Positions 29,879-39,995 of a stretch of 64,000 nucleotides of DNA are shown here, piece after piece. The notes beneath the pieces were generated by a model, which saw only the letters and a program-made list of their open reading frames with translations, was not told where the DNA came from and did no database searches. The stretch is from Desulfosudaceae bacterium. GTDB lineage: Bacteria > Desulfobacterota > Desulfobacteria > Desulfobacterales > Desulfosudaceae. Location of the stretch: contig CAXXDV010000001.1 of NCBI GenBank assembly GCA_963674745.2, forward strand, positions 992,001-1,056,000. Reading direction: 5' to 3'. Every line of letters begins with the position of its first letter. Position 1 is the first letter of the stretch. Both the position numbers and the translations under genes were made by a program.

Positions 29879-30811
29879 TCAGCTGAAAAAGGCTTTTACC
29901 TTCTCCTTGTTTGTATCATACCAGCTTTCGCCCAGCTCTTTTAAATTCTTTATATTTCCACATGTAACGCTATCCATATCGTCATCCACACCTGTTAACG
30001 GACCGTTTACACGTAAGTAGTTTTTGCCCAGAATCTGCGTGACCTGATATTCGGATGTGGATGAACTACCGGCAAACAGATGGTCAATCAACCCATGCCT
30101 AAGCCATCCAATGCCGCCCCACTTCTGGGACGCTTTGCCTGTTTCTGCCGGGTGATCCTGTTCCCTGGTGGGAATGCCGGTTCCTATGGAAAGAATTTTA
30201 ATGTTGTCGTAAGAAAATTTTTTCTTTATGGATTCCGCCAAAGCACACATACAAGGATCATTGGCCGCAATACCACCATCGATTAGCCATCTTGCAGGTG
30301 TATCAGATGTTTTTACTGTCGGGAAATAGGTAGGCGCGGCACTGGTGGCATCGGCTATTTCCCAGAGGAACGGATTGTTCTTGGCAGCAGAGCCGCCAAA
30401 GCTTTTGAAGACAACAATATGGCGTTGGATAATATCATAAGCGGTAATGAGAACATCTTTTTTAACCGTGTTCAGTTTTTTCTGGCCGAACACCTTTTTC
30501 AAAATCTTTTTTTTGCCTTTACCATCATACCGGGGTTCATTCTCCACGGGCAGCATCTTATCCCAGATGGATTTATCCATGATGACTCGCGCGTTTTCAT
30601 GGGAATAAAGATCGAGGCACTCCTGCCCGGACGCCTTATTGGAAGACAGATGAAGGGCAATGAGGCCGCCGGTGCTCGTGCCGGCGAACATGTCAAAAGC
30701 GTCATAAAGACTTCGGTCAAGATCTTTTTCAAGACAGGCCAGAAAACTGGCTTCAATCACACCTCTGATACCGCCGCCGTCCAATGATAATATTGTACAA
30801 GTCTCTGTCAT
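29879..30811 (-). CDS. Patatin-like phospholipase
   Basis: DGGGIRG oxyanion loop, GTSTG nucleophile, SAAPTYF, DGG catalytic Asp; AGGAGG RBS. Confidence 0.92.
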   Translation of the reverse strand: MTETCTILSLDGGGIRGVIEASFLACLEKDLDRSLYDAFDMFAGTSTGGLIALHLSSNKASGQECLDLYSHENARVIMDKSIWDKMLPVENEPRYDGKGKKKILKKVFGQKKLNTVKKDVLITAYDIIQRHIVVFKSFGGSAAKNNPFLWEIADATSAAPTYFPTVKTSDTPARWLIDGGIAANDPCMCALAESIKKKFSYDNIKILSIGTGIPTREQDHPAETGKASQKWGGIGWLRHGLIDHLFAGSSSTSEYQVTQILGKNYLRVNGPLTGVDDDMDSVTCGNIKNLKELGESWYDTNKEKVKAFFS

Positions 30812-31181
30812 TTCTTAATCCTCCTTGATTTTTGATGTTATCCTCTTGTATCCCTTTGGGGTCGTTCGTATATCGGAATTGCGGAGACAATAAACAAACA
30901 TTCCCTCCCCGGATTCCTGCTGCTTCCTTTTTTAAAAATAAGGCTTAAAACGCACTTTCAGGGTAGAAAAAGGACCTCCTAAGCCTTATTTCACGGTCAT
31001 TTTGGCTGTTTTTGCCTTTCTAGCTCAAGGTGTTATTTTGGTCCGACTTCGGCGCCGATTATTTAAAGACGGCCCCTATTTTTCTCCTTAGGCATTATCT
31101 TCAATTTCATTGCAGTTCACAATGATTTCTAAGCATATTTTTCATATTATAGTAGCAATTTACTGGCCATATAATTTTAAG

Positions 31182-31208
31182 TTGACATATATACTTTAAT
31201 GGTATATT
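31182..31208 (+). promoter_or_regulatory. Candidate sigma70 promoter of the S24 repressor gene
   Basis: TTGACA at 31182 and TGgTATATT extended -10 in an AT-rich intergenic region; spacing is slightly short. Confidence 0.45.
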
Positions 31209-31242
31209 AAAAACAATATATATAAACCTATTATTTATAAAT

Positions 31243-31893
31243 ATGAATCAAATCGATTTTAATTCTTTTTACACACGACTTGAAAAAGAAAAGCTTATTT
31301 CCTCCCAAAAGGAGTTGGCTTCAATATTGGGACTGAATAACTCCGCAATAAGTCAGGCAAAAACAAGGAATTCCATACCACTTGGGTGGGTCGTCGTTCT
31401 TTCTGAAAAATTGGACCTGAATCCTCAATGGATTAAAACCGGAGTTGGAAAAAAAGATCTCCGTGATTTGAGTGACGAAAATGACTTTGAGGCTGTTCCA
31501 AAAGTGAAAGCAAGGCTGTCTGCCGGTGGCGGTTCTTTTGATGTAAAGTCTGATATCGAAGGATTCTATTCTTTTCAGAAAAAATGGTTAAGACAAAAGG
31601 GCCGCTCGCAAAAAATGGTTTTAGTGGATATTGTTGGCAATAGCATGGAACCAGAGCTAAAAAATGGGGACACTGTTCTTGTTGATCAGTCTCAAAATGA
31701 AATCCTGGCTGGCGCCATATATGCTGTTGGTATTGACGATATTATAATGGTTAAGAGAATAGAGAAGCTACCTGATACGCTTGTTTTACGTAGCGAGAAT
31801 AAAGACTACCCGCCAACGCATTTACATGGGGAAGAAGTGAATCGTGTACGAATATTGGGGAAAGTGATATGGGTGTGCAGAGAAATCAATTAA
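31243..31893 (+). CDS. Phage CI/LexA-like repressor (HTH + S24 autopeptidase)
   Basis: SQKELASILGL HTH, SAGGG cleavage site, GNSMEP (Ser) and MVKR (Lys). Confidence 0.9.
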   Translation: MNQIDFNSFYTRLEKEKLISSQKELASILGLNNSAISQAKTRNSIPLGWVVVLSEKLDLNPQWIKTGVGKKDLRDLSDENDFEAVPKVKARLSAGGGSFDVKSDIEGFYSFQKKWLRQKGRSQKMVLVDIVGNSMEPELKNGDTVLVDQSQNEILAGAIYAVGIDDIIMVKRIEKLPDTLVLRSENKDYPPTHLHGEEVNRVRILGKVIWVCREIN

Positions 31894-31983
31894 CGCCCTT
31901 TTTCGTTTTAGCATACCAGCTGCCATCGGGGTAAGGGGTATGGTTTTGGCCTACACTGAATATGTTAATGATGTGACTTTTTT

Positions 31984-34900
31984 ATGCTACTAACCACATT
32001 ATATGATGAATTAGACTTTAAAAGTGGAAGCCTATACTCTGCCACAGACACCCCATCGTCATGCCGAGGCCGTAGTGATTGGATAGAAAAAGGCGAATGG
32101 ATTACATCTGCAAAAAGGGCCGGGGCGGATAAAATTTTTTTTGTTGAAAATAATCCTGTGGTTGTTTTCTCAACATGCGGGACAGGACGTAAGGAAAAAA
32201 TAAAAGCCTTTAACCGAACATGGTGTCTCGCCCGACCCCGATTATTATTCCTTGCCTCACCGGGTGAAATAACCGTTTATGACCTGGCACAAAAGCCGGT
32301 TGATATAAAGAATAAAAAGGATTGGGATAATCTGAAGACCCTTGTTGATGTATCCAATGTCGCCGAAAGACTTCAACACTACCATCGGGACAACGTGGAA
32401 TCCGGACGTGTGTTTGCCGACAGAAGATTTGACGATCTTAAAAACCGTGCTGATAAAGCCCTTATTCGAGATTTGAAAATAGTACGGAAGGAGCTGGTTG
32501 GTGAAGGGCTTTCCGGCACCAATATTCAATTTGCCCATGCGCTTATAGGCAGATCGATATTTATCAGGTACCTTGAAGATCGTGGCATATTAAGAGAGGA
32601 GTACTTCTTAAACATTGCCCGGCAAAAAGCCGGGTGGACCGACTTGCTGCGCAATCCTGTAAAAAGGGCAGGTATCGATTTCTCCGACCATGGAACCTAT
32701 TATCCACGGATACTGGCAAATAAAGAGTTTACCTATGCGTTATTCAAAAAATTGGCCCGGGACTTTAATGGAGATATGTTCCCTGATGTCGATGGTGAAG
32801 AAAAGATAGTAAACCAACGCCACCTGACCCTGATACAAGATTTATTATATGGTGATGTGGGCAGAGAGAGAAACCTCTTTTTTTATTCATATCGGTTCGA
32901 CATCGTTCCCTTGGATTTAATCAGTTCGATCTATGAAGAGTTTTATCATACCTCCTCAGAGCCTACTGAAAAAAAGACAACAGCGAGAATGGACGGCGCA
33001 TATTACACGCCTTCTGTTTTGGTGGAATTTGTACTCTCCCGAATTTTGACGCCAGATGCGCTTGCTAAAAATCCACGTGTGATGGATACAGCATGTGGAT
33101 CCGGAATTTTCTTGGTGGAAGCGTTCCGCCGCATTGTTCGGTATAGATGGCACAAGAATAAGCAACCGCTTACCTTCGATGATTTAAAAAACATTTTAAA
33201 GGATCAGATCGCTGGGATCGAAGTGAATAGTGAGGCTGCAAGAGTCGCGGCATTCAGCCTTTATCTTTCCATGCTGCACTACCTTGAGCCCCCTGCAATT
33301 GATCGTCAAATTAAGCTGGGAAACAAATTGCCTAACCTTGTGGCATCAACCAGCAGTTCACCCAATCATTATCACTGCATCCTTCCGGCAAATGCTTTCG
33401 ATATCGAACGGATAACGTCAAATCCTGTTTGGAGAGAGCGGTTTGGAAAAGAATGCGCAGATGTTGTCGTAGGCAATCCGCCTTGGGGCTCTCCTGGAAC
33501 AAAGGCTGATAAGGTGACAAAAGAACGGCATAGATTTTTGGTTGACTGGTGCAAAGCCAACAATAGAACTATTGGAGATGAAGAACCCTCACAGGCATTT
33601 TTATGGCATGCGCTTGATTTTTTGAAAAATAACGGTCAGGCAGGGTTGCTGGTGTCCGCAGGGGTATTGTTTAAGCATAATACAACAACCCAGGCATTCA
33701 GAAAACAATGGTTTGATAGTATACGTCTTAGTGAAATTTTTAATTTTTCCCATGTGCGTGATTTCTTTTTTAAGGGAGGGGTTTCTCCCTTTCTTTCTAT
33801 TTTTTTTAGAAAAGACAATCAAATAAATAATAATTTTTATTATTGGGCTGCAAAGCAGACCGTGAATATCAAAAAAACGCAGGCCATTATGCTGTCAAAG
33901 TATGATGGGCATACTTTAAATACTGAGGACTTGTCTGAGGTGTCAATATGGAAAGAGCTTTGGTTTGGGCGATTAGCAGATAGACGAATGATTCGGATAT
34001 TAAGAAGGCACCCCCGGATCATACACTATTCAAACCGTGAAGAGTCAGGGCAAGGCTTTAAAATTAACCCTAAAGAAAAAGACGCCGCACCCCTTCAGCA
34101 TTATGATTATTTGGATATTGGGAGCTTCTCAAGATATGATTTTTTATCTTTTTCCACTCCACCTGCTAAAGTTCACAGATTTGGAATAATAGCTGCCTAT
34201 GAAGGCCATCGCCTTCTTGTCAAGCGCGGCATAGATCAAAAATCGACTGACAAAGGAACCATAATTGCACGATACGAGGATATGCCATTCTGTTTTACCA
34301 ATGCGGTAAACGGAATAAAACTAAGTTCACCTGAAGACTGGAAGTATAAGACGATTCTTGGAATTTTATGGTCGTCACTTGCGCGGTATTATTTTTTTAT
34401 GACCTCATCAAATTGGGGGTTGTGGCATTATGAAATTCATCTTGATGACGAATTGATGCAATTACCGATTGTTCTCGATGAATCCAACCCGGCGACAAAA
34501 GAAATAATAGCGGTTGTTGACAAGCTTCGCAGCTATCACCCACATGAGAGGGATATTATTCATCATGATGGCGTGCCCAAAAAAAAGATCGAATCCCAGC
34601 GCCGTGACTTGGAAGCAACGCTTGATGAAGCAGTATTTGAACTTTATCATTTGAGCGAGGAACAAAAAGATCTGATCCGCGATTGCTGTGAAGTAACGAT
34701 ACCTTTTTTTTACAAACCATTTGACAGTATCGGTGCCATGCAAGCTGTTGAGAATGATGACTTGTCCTGGATTAGAACATATGCGGATATTTTCTGCAAA
34801 CGCTGGAACGCATATTTGAGAGATAATGAAGAAATGCGTGCAGAGGCTCACATCGGCGCGCATGGAACCATGTTGGCCCTCGAATTTTATCCGGCTGACC

Positions 34901-35148
34901 GCAAAGACCCTTATGATTTTAAAATACAAGATAATACCTGGAGCTATGTCCTCGAACAGCTTGGAGAAACATTACCGCAACCCATGGGGACGTCACAGAT
35001 TGTTTTAGATGGTTTAGTTCATGTCGTGTCTGATTCCGGGATTATTATCATCAAAAGAAATGAAAAACGTTTTTGGACTAGAAGTTTGGCGCGGGAAGAT
35101 GCTGAGGCAACATTATGTAAGCGAATGGTTGAAACCAGACCGGAGTAA
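31984..35148 (+). CDS. N6-adenine DNA methyltransferase with TRD (type IIG/Eco57I-like architecture)
   Basis: GAYYTP, DTACGSGIFL (motif I), GNPPW (motif IV), TaqI_C-like TRD; 1054 aa; AT-rich. Confidence 0.9.
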   Translation: MLLTTLYDELDFKSGSLYSATDTPSSCRGRSDWIEKGEWITSAKRAGADKIFFVENNPVVVFSTCGTGRKEKIKAFNRTWCLARPRLLFLASPGEITVYDLAQKPVDIKNKKDWDNLKTLVDVSNVAERLQHYHRDNVESGRVFADRRFDDLKNRADKALIRDLKIVRKELVGEGLSGTNIQFAHALIGRSIFIRYLEDRGILREEYFLNIARQKAGWTDLLRNPVKRAGIDFSDHGTYYPRILANKEFTYALFKKLARDFNGDMFPDVDGEEKIVNQRHLTLIQDLLYGDVGRERNLFFYSYRFDIVPLDLISSIYEEFYHTSSEPTEKKTTARMDGAYYTPSVLVEFVLSRILTPDALAKNPRVMDTACGSGIFLVEAFRRIVRYRWHKNKQPLTFDDLKNILKDQIAGIEVNSEAARVAAFSLYLSMLHYLEPPAIDRQIKLGNKLPNLVASTSSSPNHYHCILPANAFDIERITSNPVWRERFGKECADVVVGNPPWGSPGTKADKVTKERHRFLVDWCKANNRTIGDEEPSQAFLWHALDFLKNNGQAGLLVSAGVLFKHNTTTQAFRKQWFDSIRLSEIFNFSHVRDFFFKGGVSPFLSIFFRKDNQINNNFYYWAAKQTVNIKKTQAIMLSKYDGHTLNTEDLSEVSIWKELWFGRLADRRMIRILRRHPRIIHYSNREESGQGFKINPKEKDAAPLQHYDYLDIGSFSRYDFLSFSTPPAKVHRFGIIAAYEGHRLLVKRGIDQKSTDKGTIIARYEDMPFCFTNAVNGIKLSSPEDWKYKTILGILWSSLARYYFFMTSSNWGLWHYEIHLDDELMQLPIVLDESNPATKEIIAVVDKLRSYHPHERDIIHHDGVPKKKIESQRRDLEATLDEAVFELYHLSEEQKDLIRDCCEVTIPFFYKPFDSIGAMQAVENDDLSWIRTYADIFCKRWNAYLRDNEEMRAEAHIGAHGTMLALEFYPADRKDPYDFKIQDNTWSYVLEQLGETLPQPMGTSQIVLDGLVHVVSDSGIIIIKRNEKRFWTRSLAREDAEATLCKRMVETRPE

Positions 35149-35170
35149 TATAAGGATAAACAACTGATTA

Positions 35171-35860
35171 ATGGCACGTCGCAAACTATCTTCCTTTTCC
35201 TCTCTTTGGGCCAGACATAAACAGATTTATCTAAGTGTGTTTTCTATGGCGCTGATGAAACTGGCGGAAATGGATGCCATCTCCGGAAATGAAGATGCAA
35301 TCTCCGAACGGCTTTGTATCTTCTTAAATAATGTCTGTTATACTATTAGTAAGTCGAGGGATCAGGAAATTGCAACACCATACTGGGAAGGGCCGATTTC
35401 CCCGGTTACCGAAGATGAATTGAAAGGCGGCAAAGTTAGAAAACGACCTGATTTCACTTGTAAATGCTTGAACCCATGGGCTGATTTACCTGAACATTTT
35501 GAGATATCTCTTCATGTAGAATGTAAACTGTTGGGTAATCCCACAAGCGCCTCATGGGTCCTTAATAAAAACTATGTGGTAGATGGGATAAAGAGATTCG
35601 ATAGTAAAACGCATAAATATGGGAAAAGGGCGAGTTCCGGCATCATGATCGGGTATATCATCAGCATGACGCCTGAAAAGATTGAAACAGAAGTGAATAA
35701 ATATCAAGAAGAACTCTTACCTGAAAATCCGGATCTCATTTTTACCGTTGGATCAACCCCACTCAATCAGGCGCACCAAGTCATTAACAGAAGACATATT
35801 GAGCCGGTCCATTTTGAATTGTTCCATCTCTGGATAGACATCAGAAATTGTTATCATTAG
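35171..35860 (+). CDS. Putative PD-(D/E)XK endonuclease
   Basis: NEDAIS...RPDF...VECK motif; 22 nt downstream of the MTase. Confidence 0.65.
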   Translation: MARRKLSSFSSLWARHKQIYLSVFSMALMKLAEMDAISGNEDAISERLCIFLNNVCYTISKSRDQEIATPYWEGPISPVTEDELKGGKVRKRPDFTCKCLNPWADLPEHFEISLHVECKLLGNPTSASWVLNKNYVVDGIKRFDSKTHKYGKRASSGIMIGYIISMTPEKIETEVNKYQEELLPENPDLIFTVGSTPLNQAHQVINRRHIEPVHFELFHLWIDIRNCYH

Positions 35861-35941
35861 GCATTCCGAGGGCCGTATACAAATTTCCAATATGTCAAGA
35901 AAACATAAATAGATATACTTTCGTCGAAATTAGCCTACATA

Positions 35942-36757
35942 TCATGCCCCCCGAATTTCCCCATACTGAAAATTCACCCCATAGCTGAACCGGCGTTGCG
36001 CGCATGTCAGCGCCAAACCGGCCCAGTTGAGCCCGCGGGCGATTTCCCGGCCGCAGGCCAGCTCTCGGGGAATTGGCTCCGCTTGTGGCGGAAGAATCAA
36101 CACAAAGCCGAGTCCGGTCTTTGGGTTCACGAACATCGTCTCAAAATCGCAGGGCTGCCAGGCCGGAATGTCTTGTCCCTCCCGGATGCCTTGCCCCATG
36201 CGCAGACGGGAGAACGGCACACCGGACACTTCATTTAGTAAAACCAACTCGCCCCGGCCCCGCAACTTCCCACCGTCAACAGTCACGTCCAGCCGTTGCC
36301 CCGCCGTTTTATACAACACCCGGCATTCGCCATGGCCGCGGGAAGGCATCATTGTGCTTTGGATCTGCAATAAGGCGCACAGGGCGTCGCGGACAGGCAG
36401 CAACAATTGCTGGCGCCCGGGCCGACGCATATAGCGGGCCGTGATTGCCTCCATCGCTGCCGGGAACACGGACGGTGTCTTCATTCCGAAGATCCGCCAG
36501 GTCACTGTCATGTTCAGTTGATAGATCTTCTCCATAACATTGGACGTCAGCAGCCGGGCGGAAAGCAGCGACGGGAAAATGGTCTGCTGCCCGGTTTTCC
36601 AGACCGGCAGGCCAAAACCCGCCGATTCTCCGGCATAGATCTGATCCTGCTCGCGAAGAAAGAGACCTTTTGCCATGGGGGCTGTCTTACCTTCCGCCAT
36701 GGCCGGCGCGTGTACCAGCGACAGGGTGTCTGACAAGGGCAGGGTTAAGTTCATCAT
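35942..36757 (-). CDS. Hypothetical protein, translationally coupled to the radical SAM gene
   Basis: ATGA overlap with the upstream radical SAM stop; AGESAGFGLPV motif. Confidence 0.65.
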   Translation of the reverse strand: MMNLTLPLSDTLSLVHAPAMAEGKTAPMAKGLFLREQDQIYAGESAGFGLPVWKTGQQTIFPSLLSARLLTSNVMEKIYQLNMTVTWRIFGMKTPSVFPAAMEAITARYMRRPGRQQLLLPVRDALCALLQIQSTMMPSRGHGECRVLYKTAGQRLDVTVDGGKLRGRGELVLLNEVSGVPFSRLRMGQGIREGQDIPAWQPCDFETMFVNPKTGLGFVLILPPQAEPIPRELACGREIARGLNWAGLALTCAQRRFSYGVNFQYGEIRGA

Positions 36758-38085
36758 TCAGCGGGCGTCCGGCGTTCTTTTCCGGCGGCGAATTGCGCCG
36801 TAACCTCGGCAATTCGCCCTTTCAAATAGCTTTCATCAAATTCCGACTGATAGGTGATGCGGTTTTCATTTTCATACTGCCAGTCAATTTCGGTCTGCAC
36901 ATTGTATACCTTCTCATACAGCCGCGTGCCGGGAAGCGGATACGGAATGGTGAAGGAGATATCGTCCAGCGGGAGCGTAAGCGCCCACTGAAAGGTCGTT
37001 TCAATCGTCTCCTGTGTTTCTCCGGGATAACCGACCATGAAAAAACCGGCGGTGCGGATAGCGCTTGGCGCGAACAGGGCCAGGGTCTCTTCCGCCATCT
37101 CTACGGTGGTTTGTTTGTTCATCAGTTCCAGCACCGCGTTGCTGCCGGATTCCAGCCCGAAAAAGACCTTCCGGCAGCCGGCTGCCTGCATCAGGTCAAT
37201 CTCCTGCGCGGTTATCTTATCTATCCGCGAGAGGCACCACCAGCGCATGTCCAGCTTGTCCGCGATCAGGCGCCGGCAAAACGCCCGGAGATGCTCAAAA
37301 TCCAGTGTCAGACAATCATCCGCGATCCACAGGCCGTTATATCCCCAGGTCTTGATATCTCGGATCTCCGCCACGATCCGATCCATGTCGCGCCGGCGGA
37401 ACCAGCTTCCGAAAATCGGTTTTGAACAAAAATCACAGTGGTACGGGCATCCATAGGTGGTCATGATGCCCGCCAGGGAATAGCCTTCGCGGTCATGCCA
37501 GAATTGCTGATAACGCGCGTGATCGTAATCGCTGCGGTCCGTCAGCGGCAGCTGGTTCAACAGCGTTTCACCGGATGATTGGGGGGCGGTTTGAATCGTC
37601 GCGCCGCCATCCGGCGGTTGATAATGGATACCGGGCCAGGCCTCCGGGCGCCGGACAAAATCCGCCAGGCCCTGCACCGGAATTTCAGCCTCAAGATAAT
37701 CGCGGCAAAAATCGGAAAAGGCCTGGGCGGCCTCGCCGCGAAACACCAGATCAAATTCCCTGTAAAACTGCCGGGGTCTGAGCGTCGGCAGCGGACCGCC
37801 GCACACCAGCAGGGTCTCCGGCATCCGATCGCGAATGGCCCGGGCGATATCCCGCGCGTTGTCGGACATGGACACCATAATCGAGATCCCCACGATTTTG
37901 GGCCGCGCGGCCTCTATTTCCGTAAGGACATCCGCGCGCTGTCGAAAGGTGCAATCCACCACGCCGACGTCCACCCCGGCCGCGCGCAGAACCGCCGTCA
38001 GCTGGGCAATGCCTTGGGGATGAAAGAGCAGGGCCTGCGGCGCGTGCGTGTCAAAGTATGGATAAATGAGCATGACATCGGTCAT
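36754..38085 (-). CDS. B12-binding domain radical SAM protein
   Basis: N-terminal B12 domain (VCGGPLPT, GEA), GCPYHCDFC, GLESG, FMVGYPGET. Confidence 0.92.
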   Translation of the reverse strand: MTDVMLIYPYFDTHAPQALLFHPQGIAQLTAVLRAAGVDVGVVDCTFRQRADVLTEIEAARPKIVGISIMVSMSDNARDIARAIRDRMPETLLVCGGPLPTLRPRQFYREFDLVFRGEAAQAFSDFCRDYLEAEIPVQGLADFVRRPEAWPGIHYQPPDGGATIQTAPQSSGETLLNQLPLTDRSDYDHARYQQFWHDREGYSLAGIMTTYGCPYHCDFCSKPIFGSWFRRRDMDRIVAEIRDIKTWGYNGLWIADDCLTLDFEHLRAFCRRLIADKLDMRWWCLSRIDKITAQEIDLMQAAGCRKVFFGLESGSNAVLELMNKQTTVEMAEETLALFAPSAIRTAGFFMVGYPGETQETIETTFQWALTLPLDDISFTIPYPLPGTRLYEKVYNVQTEIDWQYENENRITYQSEFDESYLKGRIAEVTAQFAAGKERRTPAE

Positions 38086-38188
38086 TTACAACTTCCTTTT
38101 CGGAAACTTTTGGGAATGCCGGAACATTCACGCTTATTCATTTTCAATCCATAAACGGTCTTTTTCCGCAATCTCAGTGGCAAAGGGT

Positions 38189-38806
38189 TTAGAGCACATA
38201 AATCAGCACCGTGAAATAATGGCTGAGGCTGCCGGCAAGCACGAACAGGTGCCAGACGCCATGCGAATGGCGCATTCTGTGGTCAAGCGCGTAAAAAATT
38301 ACCCCCAGGGTATAAAACAGCCCGCCCGTAAGGAGCAGGACAAACCCCGGCCGGGGCAATGCCAGCAGCAGCGGTTTGAGCGCTGTCAATACCAGCCAGC
38401 CCATGAGGAGATAAATGACCACGGGCAGGATGCGCCGTCCATTTTGAGGGAACGATTCCAGGACGATTCCCAGAACCGCAAGCCCCCAGATGACGCCGAA
38501 GATCGACCAGCCCCAGGCGCCGCGAAGGGTGATCAGGGTGAACGGCGTATATGTGCCTGCGATCAGCAGATAGATTGAAAGATGGTCAAACTTGCGGAAA
38601 ATCGTTTTCGCCTTTCCTTTCAGGCTGTGATACAGCGCCGAAGAGGTATACAAGATCAGCAGGGTGGCGCCGTATATGCTGAAGCTGACAATCTTCCACG
38701 GGTCGCCCAGGCGCGACGCCTGCACAACCAGCAGGACCAGCCCGGCCAGCGCTATGGCCGCCCCGACCAGATGGCTGATGCTGTTAAACCGTTCCCCTTT
38801 ATACAC
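38189..38806 (-). CDS. Hemolysin III / PAQR family membrane protein
   Basis: ERFNSISH, SSALYH, DHLSIYLLIAGTYTP, HGVWHLFV; GTG start at 38806 after GAGGAG. Confidence 0.92.
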   Translation of the reverse strand: MYKGERFNSISHLVGAAIALAGLVLLVVQASRLGDPWKIVSFSIYGATLLILYTSSALYHSLKGKAKTIFRKFDHLSIYLLIAGTYTPFTLITLRGAWGWSIFGVIWGLAVLGIVLESFPQNGRRILPVVIYLLMGWLVLTALKPLLLALPRPGFVLLLTGGLFYTLGVIFYALDHRMRHSHGVWHLFVLAGSLSHYFTVLIYVL

Positions 38807-38855
38807 TGCTGCTCCTCGAGATATTTGAAGACATTCGTTATGGTTCGAGCCCGAA

Positions 38856-39995
38856 CTATCGTTTCCCCAGCACTTCGTTGGCAATGACAATCTTCTGGAT
38901 CTGGGAGGTGCCTTCGTAGATGGTCAGGACGCGGGCGTCCCGATAAAACCGTTCCACGGAAAATTCCCGGGTATAGCCGTAGCCGCCGTGAATCTGGATG
39001 GCCTGTCCGGTCACGCGGTTGGCCATTTCCGAAGCATACAGCTTGGCCATGGCGGCCTCCTTGCTGCAACGCTTTTTCTGGTCCTTTTGGGCGGCCGCGT
39101 TCAGGACGAGGAGACGGGCGGCTTCCACATCCGTGGCCATATCGGCGATCATCCAGCGGATGCCCTGGTTGTCCGCGATGGGACGGCCGAACTGCTCCCG
39201 CTGCAGGGCATAGGCCGTGGCCTCTTCCAGGGCGGCCTGGCCCAGGCCCACGGACAGGGCCGCGATGCCGATGCGGCCGTCGTCCAGACCGGACATGGCC
39301 ACCCGGAACCCTTCGCCTTCTTTGCCCAGCAGATGATCCGCCGGCACCCGGCAATCGGTGAATATGAGATCGGTGGTATCCGAGGCGCACTGCCCCATCT
39401 TGTCTTCCAGCCGGCCGGTGGAAAAACCGGCCATGCCCCGGGTGACCAGAAAGGCGGAAATCCCATTGTGACCGGCCGCGGAATCGGTTTTGGCCAGCAC
39501 GATGAACAGCTCGGAGGTGGCCCCGCCGGTAATCCACCGCTTGGTGCCGTTTAAAATATAATCGTCGCCGTCCTTTTCGGCAGTGGTGACCATGCCGGCC
39601 GGGTCGGAACCGGCTTCGGGCTCGGACAGGGCAAACGAACAGATGAATTCGCCCCCGGCCATGGGGACCAGGTATTTTTCTTTCTGGGCTTCACTGCCGA
39701 AACGCACCAGGCTGCCGCAACAGATGGAATTATGGACGGACATGATCACCGCGGTCGAGGCGCAGGCATGGGCGATCTCGCTCAAGGCCAGGGCGTAAGA
39801 AACCGTGTCCATGGCTTCCCCGCCGTATTCTTGCGGCACCAGCATGCCCAGCAGACCCAGTTCGCCCATTTTTTTCAGGCTTTCGACGGGATAGGCATGA
39901 TTCTGATCGCGCCCGGCCGCCAGCGGGGCCAGTTCTTTACGGGCAAATTCCCGGGCCATCTTCTGCACCATCTGCTGTTCCTTGTTCAACTGCAT
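38856..39995 (-). CDS. Acyl-CoA dehydrogenase (butyryl-CoA DH-like)
   Basis: FALSEPEAGSD, GTKRWIT, REQFGRPI, QIHGGYGY, IYEGT. Confidence 0.95.
   Translation of the reverse strand: MQLNKEQQMVQKMAREFARKELAPLAAGRDQNHAYPVESLKKMGELGLLGMLVPQEYGGEAMDTVSYALALSEIAHACASTAVIMSVHNSICCGSLVRFGSEAQKEKYLVPMAGGEFICSFALSEPEAGSDPAGMVTTAEKDGDDYILNGTKRWITGGATSELFIVLAKTDSAAGHNGISAFLVTRGMAGFSTGRLEDKMGQCASDTTDLIFTDCRVPADHLLGKEGEGFRVAMSGLDDGRIGIAALSVGLGQAALEEATAYALQREQFGRPIADNQGIRWMIADMATDVEAARLLVLNAAAQKDQKKRCSKEAAMAKLYASEMANRVTGQAIQIHGGYGYTREFSVERFYRDARVLTIYEGTSQIQKIVIANEVLGKR

Noticed and set aside
30950..31145. Small Cro-like gene divergent from the S24 repressor
   Set aside because: Minus-strand ATGs at 31145, 31110 and 31095 reach stop codons within about 16 codons.
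29879..31893. Complete CBASS operon or prophage
   Set aside because: There is no CD-NTase, Cap2/Cap3, integrase, att-like repeat or phage structural gene in the window.
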